DNA from: Paraspadella gotoi
Taxonomy: Eukaryota > Animalia > Chaetognatha
Direction of reading: 5' to 3'
NCBI GenBank assembly: GCA_051294375.1
Contig: CM119270.1
Location: forward strand, 21,411,391 to 21,475,390
Length of the DNA: 64,000 bases
In this document: positions 43,469-56,840 of the stretch, in pieces
Layout of the letters: every line of letters begins with the position of its first letter
Numbering within the stretch: the stretch's first letter is position 1
Notes under the pieces: model-generated
What the model was told of the DNA's origin: nothing
Databases searched by the model: none
What the model saw: the letters and a program-made list of their open reading frames with translations, nothing else
Translations under genes and position numbers: made by a program

Positions 43469-46289
43469 CAATATTGATTCTTATCAAAACGTTTTTAGAA
43501 TTTTCCTTTTCATTTAACGGTTAATGACCCAAAGACACGTGGAAGCAAGTGTAAGAGTTTCAGAGATATAAAAATAGTTTTATTGAGGTATATAAGGAGA
43601 AGCATTGAAAAGTATACCGCCGACACAGATGAATATAAAGATGTATCGAATTTACTTAAAGATTTATGTAATTTAGAAATATTTATATTGATTGCATTAT
43701 TTTAGACGAAACGGAATACATTTATTACTATTTTTTATCTCTCGGCTTTAAATATTTTTCTTTCTATACCGAAATGTTCCAATTTTAAAAAAAAATATTA
43801 ATCTTTTGTTGAACTCTCTATTGAACTATTGAACTAATAAGTTAGAATGACTAATTACGATTTTTTTTTGAGTCGTCGCCACATAATTCCAAATTCCATT
43901 GACAGTTATTTAAATTTATAATTAAAATATTTCATTTAAACTTCACTAGTTCAATTAACATGAAGATCGACGCAATTATTCTCTGCGTCGTCTTCGTGCG
44001 CCGCATTCAGTCAATCAGTTAATAAGTCTGTTAATCTATTAGTTAACAAATCTGTTCAACAATCGATGGATCAGTCAGTCAGTCAATCAGTAAATCATTT
44101 TATCAATTAATGAGGCAGCCTTTCCTGCTATGTTTCGTTTTACACAAACAATCTCATCACTTAGTCACTTTATTAATTCCACGAAATATCGCGGTTCTGC
44201 GAGTAGAGGTTGAAAGTTTTGAGTCCAGACAACAAATTTGTTCTCCTCAAATAAAATTTAAAAAATGATGAATTTGTTCTTTGGTGTCGCATCCGACAAA
44301 ATGACATCTTTCCCTGGACCACTGGACCGAAAACCACTAACCGAGGAGACCACCCAACCACCATCCCACTCCACCTCCCAACAAAAAAGATTAATGCGAC
44401 GGAAAAAAAAGGAATGACGTTGACAACGAAAACTGTGCAAACTGTGCAAACTGTGATAACCTGTGCAAACTAAAAAAAAAAACTGTTGAAAGCCGCGAAA
44501 AATTGTGAATTATTCAAATCTGAGGTCAAATTTGCTTTTGGATCCAAAAATGGCGAAGGTTGTGATATCTAGTGATGAGGGGAAAAAACGAGTTCAGTTT
44601 GGAAAAAAAGTTGCAGTGGTATATGATAATAAAGACACTTTTCATGTACATTTTTATTGAACTTTTTCTGACGATAAGTGATCACAAGTTAAGTTACAAA
44701 CCGGTTTATAAAAAAATAATATGCAAATGAGGACGGAAGTGAGGCTTATAGAAAACAAATGATCGGAAGTTATTACTTCTAACAACGGGAAAAACACTTG
44801 TTAATATTTGCTACAACACTTGAATAATATTTAAACGAGCCTTATAAAAGCGCTTTTTCGAATGCAACATGGTTGATTCGGTACAATCATCAATAACATA
44901 CAAAACACAAAACACAAAACACTTTTCTTTCACTTAAAATTTTTTTTCGTCAGAACGTTAGGAGTCAACTCTCTCTTTCTCCTCTCTTCCTCATTCATTA
45001 TTAATTTTTCTTTCCTTTCCTTTCATTTATTTAATTTTTTCAAAATGTATCTATATTTTTTTTCAGCATTTTTCTCCTTATCTTCTGCAGAAATTAAGGA
45101 ATCGCTCCCCAAGCGAAGAACCGATTGTCCTTTATGCATTTGTCGTCGTCGTCGTCGTTGTTTTGAGTTCCGGTTATGCGTTCAAACTCTGGAATCATCA
45201 AATCGAATTTTATTGAAAAATCCGTTTTGCTCCAGAATGCTGACGGCAAAATGCAGAGACTGGGAGAGAGAGATAGAGAGCAAGTGGGTTAAGTCATCCA
45301 TCAGAGTTACGGCATCCGAACAATATCTAAAGAACCTCATCTGATCGACAGCATTTAGTATATACGGCATTCGCTTTTATGCCGAATGTAGAGCAAAATG
45401 AAAAATTCCGAGGGAAAAAAAAGATTAATTAATATTAGTTGTTAATTAATCCTAACTTTCTCAGCATACCTTACTTTACCTTACCTTACTTTACTTACTC
45501 AGCATACCTTACTTTACCTTACCTTAATATACCATACCTTACTTTACTTACTCAGCATACTTGACTTTTTCTCATCCCTTTTCTCTTTCTCTCTTTNNNN
45601 NNNNNNNNNNNNNNNNNNNNNCGAGCACACGGCAAGTGTTCGTACAGTAAAAGGCAGAATTTAGTCTCCTCTGGCCTAAGCATCTATTCATTGTGAAAAG
45701 AGAGATGTAGAGTCATTGACCATATTTAGAATACAGAAGTTGAGATAGAAATTTGTATTTGAGTATAATTTTCATACGTATAATATTAAACCTATTTTCT
45801 CCCTTTTTTGCATGGTCTTGCCACGATGGCAATCGCCCGACTACGGGCCGCTCAGAATGAAGCAGATGGAATCGGTCCAGACAGTGCCGAACAGCTCGAA
45901 TGTCTCCGGCACACATTTCAGGCCTTTTCAACAGGGCCGTTGAGACGGAACGTCAGCGGATCGTACGTCTGCAACAGTATTGAGAGAGGCGCTGCGAAAT
46001 TAAGAGGCAAGAGGCGATGCTTCTCGCGGCGAGAACATAGGCTTGAGAAATACGCATGTGTTATCCACGAGGAATTGATCGGGTAAGAGACGCTTTGCGC
46101 GAAAATCCAAAAATTTCCGCCGCATTTGGCGGTTTCGAACGATGATACTATTATTGCTGGATCCTGCCTCCGGCCCTAGCTCTCGGGCTGGATCCCCGTA
46201 TCTCCTCCCCCCCGACCCTACAATGCCGGTCGTAGGGAGAGGAAGGAAGCAGGTGGACGCTCGACGATGACCGTGGGAGGGCGGCGAAC

Positions 46290-49200
46290 GACGTCGACGG
46301 ATGATCAGGTTCCGATTGCCGTCGCTTGAGGCCCGGTACGGCACCTCCCCTATCCAGACTGCCTTCATGACTCCTCCCACGTCCGATCTAATTGAAGCGG
46401 TCGCCGCGACGCGGGACCATATACGAGCGCTTTTGCGCCGGTCCCTGCCCATGAACCCAACTTCCGGGGCGAACGACCGCACCGATGGTGAGAACGATGG
46501 CTACTAGTGCGACGGCGACCGATTCTGGTCACTCCAACATAACACCTCGCACAAACCGACCACTTCTACCTCCGTCCAGCTTTGCTGACGAGCAGCAACG
46601 CGTTGCTTGAAGAGGCAGTGCAGAGGGCAGTTAACGATAAAACTAGAGCCGGCACGCACCGAAGAAGAATTCTAGAGAGAGAAAATGATGATGTTGCAGG
46701 AGGAAAAATGATCGATTGCGACCAAGCTGCCGAGAGGCAGTCAGCTCGAACGACGTGCTTCGCAGCCTGCCAGGAAACTGTCAGCTGATCGATTAGCGGA
46801 GAGACACGTTTACGACGAGTTCCGAACGTTCACATGCGCCGGCGGTCATCTCTGCGGACGGCGCCGAACCTTTCCCTGTGTGCCGGCGCCCTATCTCGAT
46901 TTCCGCTGAGGTTGCTGCATGCGAACGCCGCGTTCTCGGCCGAGAGGTACTGCGTCGAAACTAGCAACGGGTTTGAGCGCTTTGCCTGCGGAGGGAGCCG
47001 GACCTTCAGCTGATAACAGCCCATCGGCGGCGAATCTGACGACTTTGACGAGAGATTATCTGCGATAGAGAAATCGTCGCTCAACAACAAGTCGCAGTCA
47101 TGAGATTCGAACGAGAGCAGTTGGAGACGTCGAAAGGGAGAATCTTCAGAGGAACTTCGAGGCCACGGTGATTGAGAATGGTTACGATGATTTCTGGGTT
47201 CGCCCAGGCGTGAGAACGCACCCCCACGGATACAAACGCCGCCTTCGCCACCCCGGGCACCGCTCCCTCGGACTCCTTCTCATCAGCCCCGCGCTTCGCC
47301 TCTCCACGATCCTTACCTCAAAGAAACAATTCTCAGAGAGATCCAGCGATCGACGCACAACAAGCGCCAAATAGCTCAACTTTCAGAACAATGCGACAGT
47401 TACAGGAGAGTGTGAGCGCCTTTCAGCACACGAGAAACGGTGGGGGCGGCTTCCGGGAGGCGGCCCCGCCTCCTGAGGCTCCCCCACGCCGGAGAAACGA
47501 TCGATTACAACAGTATTTACACTCCCAATCGATAGAGTCGACGATCCGCATGCTCAAAGACTTACGCCCTGAAGAAATGTTTAGAAACGAAGGTGCGAAA
47601 AAACAAAGTAGTCTTCGAAATTCACATTGAGACAATGGGAGGCGGCGATGACTCAACCTGTGTTCACCGCCCAAATGCGTCATCAGGAACTACGCCACTG
47701 GTTCGGTGGTCTTGCGCGGGTTGAAACTCCAAAAGTATTTTCATCGGACTGATTATTCGGCGGCGTAGATGAAGCCGTCGCAATGCTTCATCAGGAATTT
47801 GGACGACCCGACGCCTCGCCTCACGAAATGCTAAAAGATTGTTTAGCCGGTGGTAAGGCAACGGAAGCGACGAGATCGATGAGACGATTACGCATCTAGA
47901 GAATATCGCCGCATCGCGGAGGCAAAGGGCCGAATCGCGCGATTTGAACCGGACACGGTTATCTCAGAGATTCTCGACGCAAAGTTTCCTCAATGGAAAG
48001 ACAAATTGCAGAGGAAAATTCGCAATCGGGTCTTTAGAAATGGACGAAAACTTACGCTTTACGAATTTATTGAATTTTTGAAAATTCACCTTGTTGCGGT
48101 GAAATCGGTCTATGGCAAAAGGAAAAAAGATAGCGACGACGGGCTGCGGTGGCGGCGGTTGCGGCAAACGGCTGGCACGCTGCCCCGTCGACAAACGTGG
48201 GGGCATCGAGGATCAGCAAAGGGAAACGAGTGCCACAGACTCGTTCGATTCGTCTGACGCAGCCGATTCCCGCCCAACCGGAGTTGCAAAAGAAAAAGAA
48301 AAAGAAGCGAAGAAAGACGAGCATAACTGAAGCGAAGCCCACGCTCCTCTCCCAGAAGCCGATTGTGCTTACATAAAAGCCCAATGGCCGACTTATCCGG
48401 CCATTCCAGCCGGTGCAGCCGCCGATTCAACAGGCGGCGGCTACACCTGCTCCCCAGATCCAGATGGTGACGAATACGCAGGAGTCCGATGTATACCTCG
48501 ACGCCGACTCGCCCATCAACTCCGCATTGCTACTTTTGTGGACAAGACCATATGATCTGGGAGTGTACAGGCTATCAGGCCACTCGGCGTCCAGGCGAGA
48601 GCCGACTTAGCGGCAGGCCGACGATTATGTTTTAAATGTTTAACTCCTAACCATTTAGCAATTAGATGTAGATCTAGTGTACCATGTAATCAGTGCAGGG
48701 GAAATCATCATCCCATGCTTGCACGGCGCGGCGCCGGTGCCCCGACAGATGCCGGTTAATCAGGTGGCACAATATCAGCCACAACTGGTCTATGTTCAAA
48801 CTCCTGCTCCCGCCCATGCCTACACCCACCTTTTTTCAATCCACTCCCTCCTCCTATGCTGTTTTTTCTCCTTCCCAGCCCCTTCAGGACCCTGGGACGG
48901 CGAACGCTGCGGCGACGCGCAGGGAGGACTGGCTGATTCAGATCAAACGAGACCAACGACGACGGTTCCCGTGGCTCCGGCAGCAGCAGCGACCACCAGC
49001 AGCGATGCCCACTCCGCAAGCCGGGAACAATCAAACAGTTGACTAGCAGTTGCGTCCGCTCCTGGCCGAGGCGACCTTTCGTCCTTCGTGCCAGTCGTCG
49101 TCGAGATGAACGGACGCAAACGCACGACTTATGCAATGATGATAGCGGCTGTAATCGCGCTGCGTATGAAAGAAAACATTGCCAACGATCTAAGTATAAC

Positions 49201-49600
49201 TTGCAATGATGTAAAAATGAGAATCGAACTTTAGATAGTGATGTTATTGTAGACAAGAAAGTTGCTGATTTTAATATTGAACCACTTAATGGAACTTTTT
49301 CTCTTTCTATTAGGAAAGCGATTGTGGGACATTTGCTTACATCGAGGACGATCTCCCCCGTGCGATGCAGATGTGGGTCGACAAGCCTCATCTCAAGGGG
49401 GTAACGTTCCCCAACCTCCCTGACAAGGAGGTTGGCGTGCTCCTCCCGGCAAACTACGCCTACACTTGGATTGATGGAGAGGTTCGACGAGGTTCGCGAG
49501 ACCAGCCGTAGCCATCAATACAATGTTCGGCTGGACTTTGATCGGACCCAGAGATGGGAAATGCGGCGATGAGTGGATTGCGCACGCATGACCGCCGAGT
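46290..49600 (+). pseudogene. Decayed BEL/Pao gag-protease
   Basis: Three Zn knuckles CYFCGQDHMIWEC / CFKCLTPNHLAIRC / CNQCRGNHHPML (~48525-48720); TYAM.DSGC protease site (~49125-49150); HLKGVTFPNLPDKEVGVLLG and AINTMFGWTLIGP (~49390-49550), typical of Pao peptidase; many frameshifts. Start boundary approximate. Confidence 0.85.
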
Positions 49601-50632
49601 TTGTTGAGATTTACCAATTGTATATAAATATATCGTTGACTTACTCGACTTTCGTTTAGTACAGTCGATGCAAAAGATAGTGAAAGATTATCGGTTTGCG
49701 ACTTCCGTTAAAACGAAAAATAGTGAAATGTTGCAAGTCTCAAACAACATGCGCAACAGCTTTGTCGACAACTCTGGCGCCAACCGACGACAAATCCTTT
49801 CTTTGGTCACCGAAACCCTTGCCTCAGCTCCTTCCTTCCCCTCGATGCCGGAGATCATTCCGGCGGGGGATAACCATTTTCAGCAAAGATGAGAACCAAC
49901 CCACGATCTCGAGGGAGACGAGGCGCCGAAGTCGCGCCCCCGCCGACTTACGGCGGGCCAGACGCGGCTTGGCGCTCGTCAGAAAGAACATTGAAGCGAT
50001 TCTGTCGCGACATCGCAGCCAAAAACCGGAAATTATCCATGGACGCTATCACATTATAGACTCGTTTTTAAAGTTTTATCCTTTCTCGCTTTTATCTATT
50101 AGCTTGTCGTTACCATCACTTTTGGTCTTTGTCAGATCACACAAACGTTCGATTTTACCATTTTTTTTTATTTGCTCAACTGATCGTTCTGTTAAGAAAT
50201 TCGACGCGCACGCTCAAAAGAAAATTTTATTTCGACGATCTCGTGACATGGTTAAATTTCATTGTGTAATTCATGCGAAAAAAAGAATAATTTATTTACT
50301 TTGATATTGTGACATTCAAACGTTAGAGAATTCAATCACATAAAATTAAAAGAAAAGCGGTTTTCTGACAGGCCATAAATTGACAATAATGAAAAATATT
50401 TTCTTCCTTTTCCCTTTCTTATTTTGTTTTCATTTATTTCGACACTTTATTTATTTTTCTTCTTCCCTTGATCTTATTCCTCTTCTTTCCATCTATCTTG
50501 ATCCTTTCTCTTCTTCTTTCCTGATCTTTTCTCTTCCTCTTAGGCCATGGACTTTGCACTGCCCTTCCAGAATCAGAGTGGTTTTCGTTGGAGTTTTTCC
50601 ACGCTCTGATGGAGAAGCGCTGGAGGTGGGGG

Positions 50633-51196
50633 TGTAAGATATGTACCCCCTTTTCCCCCATTTATTTTGTTTACCTTTGTTATTCACCGTTTCTGCCGAT
50701 AGATGTCTTTTTCCTCTTTCTTTAAGGAGATTACACTCCTCTTTCCTTTCTTACCAGATATTCTAGCCTTAGACACTTAGGACTTTTCCGCCCGTCACCA
50801 AACTGCCTTTTACGAGGGCTTTAGACCTTCACGTCACGTCAAGTCACCCTTTTGTACCGCTTCACAGACAGAGTCATTGTGCCATAGAGCCACTGCCTGA
50901 GGACCCACATTCGAGGACTTGTGGACGCGTTCGGTTGGTTCAGACTTTCACCCGTCATAGACTCGTGACGACTTGTAGGTCCCCACCCTCGACCACGCTT
51001 GGTGACGACAAACCTCGCCGATTTAACCCATCCCGGCGAGCCGACGTTTCTGGCGCAGCGCAACGGCGCCAGACGCGACCACGCCCTCTTTCGGAGCGTC
51101 AGCGGGGGACGTGGAGGACGACGGATCCTCCGTAGCGGCCGCGACGGCGGAAGAAAGCAGAGGCGGCTACACGAGCACACGGCAAGTGTTCGTACA
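50633..51196 (+). repeat. 3' LTR (564 bp), TGTA...TACA
   Basis: Begins tgtaag immediately after the PPT; ends cgtaca; terminal 25 nt identical to the 5' LTR remnant. Confidence 0.85.
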
Positions 51197-51402
51197 GTTA
51201 TAGTGTAGTATAGTTAAATAAAAAGTATTAAACAAAGTTTCCAGATGACCAGTAATAAACTTTAAAACAGAGTTGAGAGAACGAGAAAACTAAGGTGAAC
51301 ATCACAGCCTGTGAGACACAAGTGGATGGAGACTCGAATTGTGAAAGGTGAAACTTTCGGAACGAAATTTTATGTCCTCATCAAACTAGACACGTTTAAT
51401 TT

Positions 51403-51454
<52 letters not shown>

Positions 51455-52395
51455 CATCTTTTCATTAGTTCATTAATTATTTTATTCAGCCATTGTTTCA
51501 TCATTAGATTCATTGATTCATTCCTTCATTCATTCCTTCAAACATTAATTCATTAATTCAATGTATCACTCATTCATTCATTTATTTAATCATACATTTT
51601 TTATTCAACCATTCTTACGTTCATTCATTCATTTTTTGTTTCTTTAATCATTTATGCATGCATTCATTTATTCATTTAATAATTTATTTCTTCATTGCTT
51701 TATTCATTCATTCTTTCATTTATTCATTCGTTAATTCATTTATTTATTCATTTATATTCATTCTTCCATTCATTTATTTCCTCATTATTTCATTGATAAA
51801 ATCATTTAGTAATTTTTCATTAATTACTTTATTTATGGATTAATTCTTTCCTTCTTGAATTCATTCATCCATCCTTTCATTCATTTATTCATTCCTTCAT
51901 TCATTAATTCATTCATTCATTTATTTTCTCTCCCAGCCACGCATTCCTCGACATGTTAAATACTTCGTACGCACGAAATTCGTCCGGACATTTCGGACGT
52001 CGGATCGATTTACGCGGACACATTCACGTCCGGGCATTTCCGCCATTAATCAGACTTGGAGTCGTGAAACGTTGGCCGTGAATGAGAAGGAAAATCGATC
52101 AACGATGACGCGAATCACAAAGTTGTGGAGCAGTGAATTGTGCGATGCGTGAATTACTGGGAAACGTGTGAAGTGAAGTGAAGTGAAGTGAAGTGAAGTG
52201 TCACAGATGGGGTCATTGAAAAGCGTCAAGTCCAGTGAAAGATGCTGCTCTTGTGATCATCCTCTTCTGTTGACATTTCTTTCTTTTTTTTTTTTTGCCC
52301 AAAAAATTCGCGACCAAAGTCATCCGTTAAGTTCAGTTGCGGAACAGTGGGGAAAGTGAAAGGAGGCGAGAGAGAGAGAGAGAAGACGAGATGAA

Positions 52396-52426
<31 letters not shown>

Positions 52427-52732
52427 TTTTTGGAGATCAGTCTGTGAAATGACGCGTGAACAGGAAAACTCCAATTATTCATCAATTGGAAGAAAACAAA
52501 AGAGTGAAAAAAAAAGAAAAGAAAGAAATAAAACAAAAAAAAAAATATCACAAAAATTAATTGAGAATTTCTCAACATCTCCGTTCGACCCCCAGTCACC
52601 CCCTTAAACAGTGACCGCGAAATATTCACGCCCAGTGAACGATGATCCTCGAGTAAAAATTCACTGTGAAAACTCGTAGTAGGGAAAAACCCAGAACGTC
52701 GAAGCAAAAGTCTCCAGTGTGATTAGATTATT

Positions 52733-52773
<41 letters not shown>

Positions 52774-52933
52774 GATCAATGTCAACTCCTCGCTGGCCTC
52801 GGGATCCTGGACTTTGCTCGTCGGCGGTGGCGACAACGTCTATAATGGCAAATGCCAGCGTCGATGGTGGCGTTGGTATCTTTTGAAATACCGTTCCTGA
52901 TATTGTTATTGTTATTGCCGTCCCTGACGCCGC

Positions 52934-52965
<32 letters not shown>

Positions 52966-55199
52966 CTGCCGCTGCCACCGCCGCCCCCCCTCCCTTCTCT
53001 TCCCCCTCTTTATTTTTACGCGCGGAAACGACAGACATTTTTCGGAACATTTTCCGCCATCGTTGAGTCGGAGCGGGAGAGGGGGAGAGGGAGGGAGANN
53101 NNNNNNNNNNNNNNNNNNNNNNNNNNNNNNNNNNNNNNNNNNNNNNNNNNNNNNNNNNNNNNNNNNNNNNNNNNNNNNNNNNNNNNNNNNNNNNNNNNNN
53201 NNNNNNNNNNNNNNNNNNNNNNNNNNNNNNNNNNNNNNNNNNNNNNNNNNNNNNNNNNNNNNNNNNNNNNNNNNNNNNNNNNNNNNNNNNNNNNNNNNNN
53301 NNNNNNNNNNNNNNNNNAGGAGGAGGAGGAGGAGGAGGAGGAAGGGGGTGAAGGAGATTGGCAGTGAACTCACAGTGCGGGTGAAAGACTGAAAGGGAGA
53401 TTCGGGTAGAGAAAAGGGAAAGCGAGAATCGTAATCTTTACGCGCGGTTTATACAATTTTATAATTTATAGTTACATACATTATACTTTATTGCAGTTTT
53501 AATTTAGTGTTACTTCTGTCTCGAAATCGGCCAGTTGATTTGGACAACAACAACAACAATTAGTCTGCGATCATCGTCGCTGTTGATCTCGACTCTGTGT
53601 CATTTGGAAACGCAAAATGGCGGATAGATTATTTGCGATTTAAAAATGCGGAGAAAATCTCAATACTTTTTAGTNNNNNNNNNNAAAATAAAATAAGGAA
53701 AGCATAAAGTCAAACATTGATCCGACAATTGTCGGTGAAAGTCGAAAAAAAGCCGTCGTTTGTCTTTTGTTTCCGGTGAAAATTTTTTAGATTTTTTTTA
53801 TTTTTGCGACTAAAAATAATTTTTTCGGGATTCGAGCAAAAAATATTTTCCTCTTCCTCATTTTTTTTTAGTCTTCTTCCTTTTTTCCTTCTCTCCTCCC
53901 TTTTCTTTCCCCCACCTTCATCTATTTCCATTTCCTCCAACTTCCCACTCCTTTCCTTCTTCCTCCCTTTTCTTTCCCCTACCTTCATCTCTTTTCCTTT
54001 CCTCCCTCCTTCAACTCCTTTCCTTCTTCCTCCCTTTTCATCCCCCATCTTCATCTCTTTTCATTTCCTCCCTCCTTCCACTCCTTTCCTTCTTCTTTCC
54101 TTTTCTTTCCCCCACCTTCATCTCTTTCCTTTTCCTCCCTCCTCCCACTCCTTTTCTTCTTACTATCTTTTCTTTCTTCTCCTTTTTCTTTTTCCTTTTC
54201 CTCCCACCTCCAACTCCTTTCCTTCTTCCTCCCTTTTCTTTCTTCTCCTTCATCTCTTTCCTTTACCTCCCTCCTCCCACTTATTAGCTCCTTCCTCCCT
54301 TTTCTTTCTTCCCCTTCATCTCTTTCCTTTCCTTCTTCCTCCCTTTCCTTCTTCCTCCTTTTTCTTTTCTCCACCTTCTTTCCTTTCCTTTCCTTCTTCC
54401 TCCCTTTCCTCCACCTTCCTCTCTTTCCTTTCCTTTCCTTCTTNNNNNNNNNNNNNNNNNNNNNNNNNNNNNNNNNNNNNNNNNNNNNNNNNNNNNNNNN
54501 NNNNNNNNNNNNNNNNNNNNNNNNNNNNNNNNNNNNNNNNNNNNNNNNNNNNNNNNNNNNNNNNNNNNNNNNNNNNNNNNNNNNNNNNNNNNNNNNNNNN
54601 NNNNNNNNNNNNNNNNNNNNNNNNNNNNNNNNNNNNNNNNNNNNNNNNNNNNNNNNNNNNNNNNNNNNNNNNNNNNNNNNNNNNNNNCCTTCTTTTCCTC
54701 TTCCTTCTTTCCTTTACTTTCCTCCTTCCTCCCTTTCCTCCACCTTTCTCCCTTTCCTTTCCTCCCTCCATCTTCCCTGACCGTAGTTATACGGAGAGAG
54801 AGGAGAGAGAGAAGAGGAGGAGAGGGAGTAGAGGGGTTCGGACACGCCATAATCCGGAGGGGTGAAAAGAGAAGAAGAGGAAGACTAGGAGGGCGGGCGT
54901 GCTGTCCAAAGGGTCTTGCTGGCCGTTAGATACGTCGACCAACTAGCTGCTTGGCTGCCACCTCGAATCTTCCCTGAAGGTCAATCCGGATCTGGCATCC
55001 TCCGAGATCTTCGGAAATCCGGATCCAGTGGGCCTGCTCTTCGCCATCTGCTCGAAGTCGACTTCGTAGCTGGTGAGCGAGTGCAATGACCGCTTGAGCT
55101 ACTTCTAAATCGATCTGGTTTATATTCCCGCTCCAAGTGGGTCGTCGCTCGCGTTTATCAACGGCGCTGTCGTTGAAGTTTTACCTTCCCTCGGTCGAT

Positions 55200-56340
55200 T
55201 TGCGGGCGTTGTTGCTGCAGATGAACAGAATGTTTGGGGCGAAGACAGGGCGTCGCTACGAGCGTTAGCTTTACGCCTTTAGGTATCTAATGTCAGTTGT
55301 GAACTCTGCAATTTACGGATAACTTGGTACGATTGCCCTCAATTGTTTTGTGGTTCCGTTTTTTTGCGAATTGCTTGTCATAGACTCCTGGTGGTCTGTG
55401 TACAGTGGTGAAAGATCGACCTTCTACCGTACGAAAATGCCTCACTTGCTCTAAAGGCTCCGAAAAGTTCTCTGTCAACACGGTGGCCACAGTTTTCTGG
55501 TTCTTAGGCAAGCTTTGCCGAGAAAAAGGCAGTGGCTTCCCAGCCCCTTTGGCCCTCGGCTGCCTATCGCAGAACTGCACCGGTACGGCGTGGTCGGACG
55601 CATCTGTAGTAATACAGAGTTTGGGCTCCGGTTGCGAGGGTGGTGAGTAGGCGTCCGCTGAAAGATCAAGGCCCCTTCCTTGATCGTATTCGAAAGCATT
55701 CTCGCAGTTCGCTCGTATACCACTCTAATGTCTTTGGCTTTCCCACTGAGCGCCTCATAGAGGGGAGCACAATCGGTGGGCGACCTTGGTATGAATCTCC
55801 AGGTAGTTAATTTATCATACGCGCAAGAATCGTTGGAGCTTCCTTGATGGATGTAGTCGTGTGGTTTGCTTTCAGGGTTTGAACTCGGCCTGGTAGGGAC
55901 GAACGCCGTTCCTGTCCACGATGAAAATCCAAGGAACTCTATTGACTTCCTGTCCCCAGCAGGACATTTTGGTATTTACAAACCAAATCCGTTCGCCATC
56001 GAGTGCCTTGAAACGGCTTCTCTCAGATCCCTCTGAGATGCTCCTCAGGGGAGGATGAATGCACGAAGTATTATCGTCCATAGACGAAAGTATGGGGAAA
56101 TATCCCCAAGATATTTCGTATCCATTAAACGCTGAAAGTCTGCCGGCGTTTTTCAAGGCCAAATGGGCATCGAGGAAAACATACAAGCCAAAGCGGTGTG
56201 ATTACCGCGCGTCTTCTTGACGTCAGTTGGGGTCCACCGGAATCTGGGGTAACCCTTAAAAGATCTATTCTTGGAAAATATTGTTTTTCCTCCAGCTGGG
56301 CATTGAGTCTGTTAGCAGTTTCAGCCTGGGTACTTGTCAT
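55200..56340 (-). pseudogene. Decayed Ty3/Gypsy pol fragment (RT + RNase H)
   Basis: Across frameshifts: YF.RIDLL, AVITP.GLY, PFGLKNAG, FVY.DD (~56085-56070), GVRP, TTDASD (~55610), PL.FS, YTDH (~55400). Confidence 0.8.
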
Positions 56341-56774
56341 NNNNNNNNNNNNNNNNNNNNNNNNNCTCTCTCGCTCTCTCCATGTCGACTCTATCACTTC
56401 AGTCGTTCGTTCCATTCACGGTCGGGACTCTCTCTCTCTCTGTCTGTATCTCTCTCTCTGTCGTCCACTAAAAAAAAAGCGAATTCGAATAAATTATCAA
56501 AAAAAAACTCTTCTTCTTTTACTTCAAAAGCTTTGGATGTTTTAGGCTTTTGGAGGAAAAAAAAACCACCGCGAATGTCGTTTTGTTTTTTAATTATTAT
56601 TTCGCTTTCGTTGTCTACGTCCAAATAAAAAAAAACAAAAAGACAAAACAAAACAACAAAGGAAAAACAAAAACCTCAAGATTGACTCTGTCTCCCTCTG
56701 CCTTTTCCCCCCTTTTTAACTTCCCTCTGGAGATTCTGTGGCGAGGAGCGAGGAAGAGAGAGATAGAGACGCTA

Positions 56775-56840
56775 AGCGGAAGCGTCGTGGCGCCTTTGAC
56801 TAAAAAGTCTCATATAAAAAGAGGGCGTGGCCGGAAGTGA
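56775..56840 (+). promoter_or_regulatory. Candidate promoter (TATA-like, GC box, ETS sites)
   Basis: gcggaagcg, catataaaaa, gggcgtgg and ccggaagtg clustered; possible non-coding exon ending at gtgagt ~57258. Target gene not established. Confidence 0.4.

Larger units (their letters stand above)
45622..51196 (+). mobile_element. BEL/Pao LTR retrotransposon, internally deleted and frameshifted (5' LTR mostly in N gap)
   Basis: Identical LTR ends cgagcacacggcaagtgttcgtaca at 45622-45646 and 51172-51196; purine tract ggaggtggggg before the 3' LTR; internal gag-protease remnants; no RT/RNaseH/IN recognisable. Confidence 0.88.
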
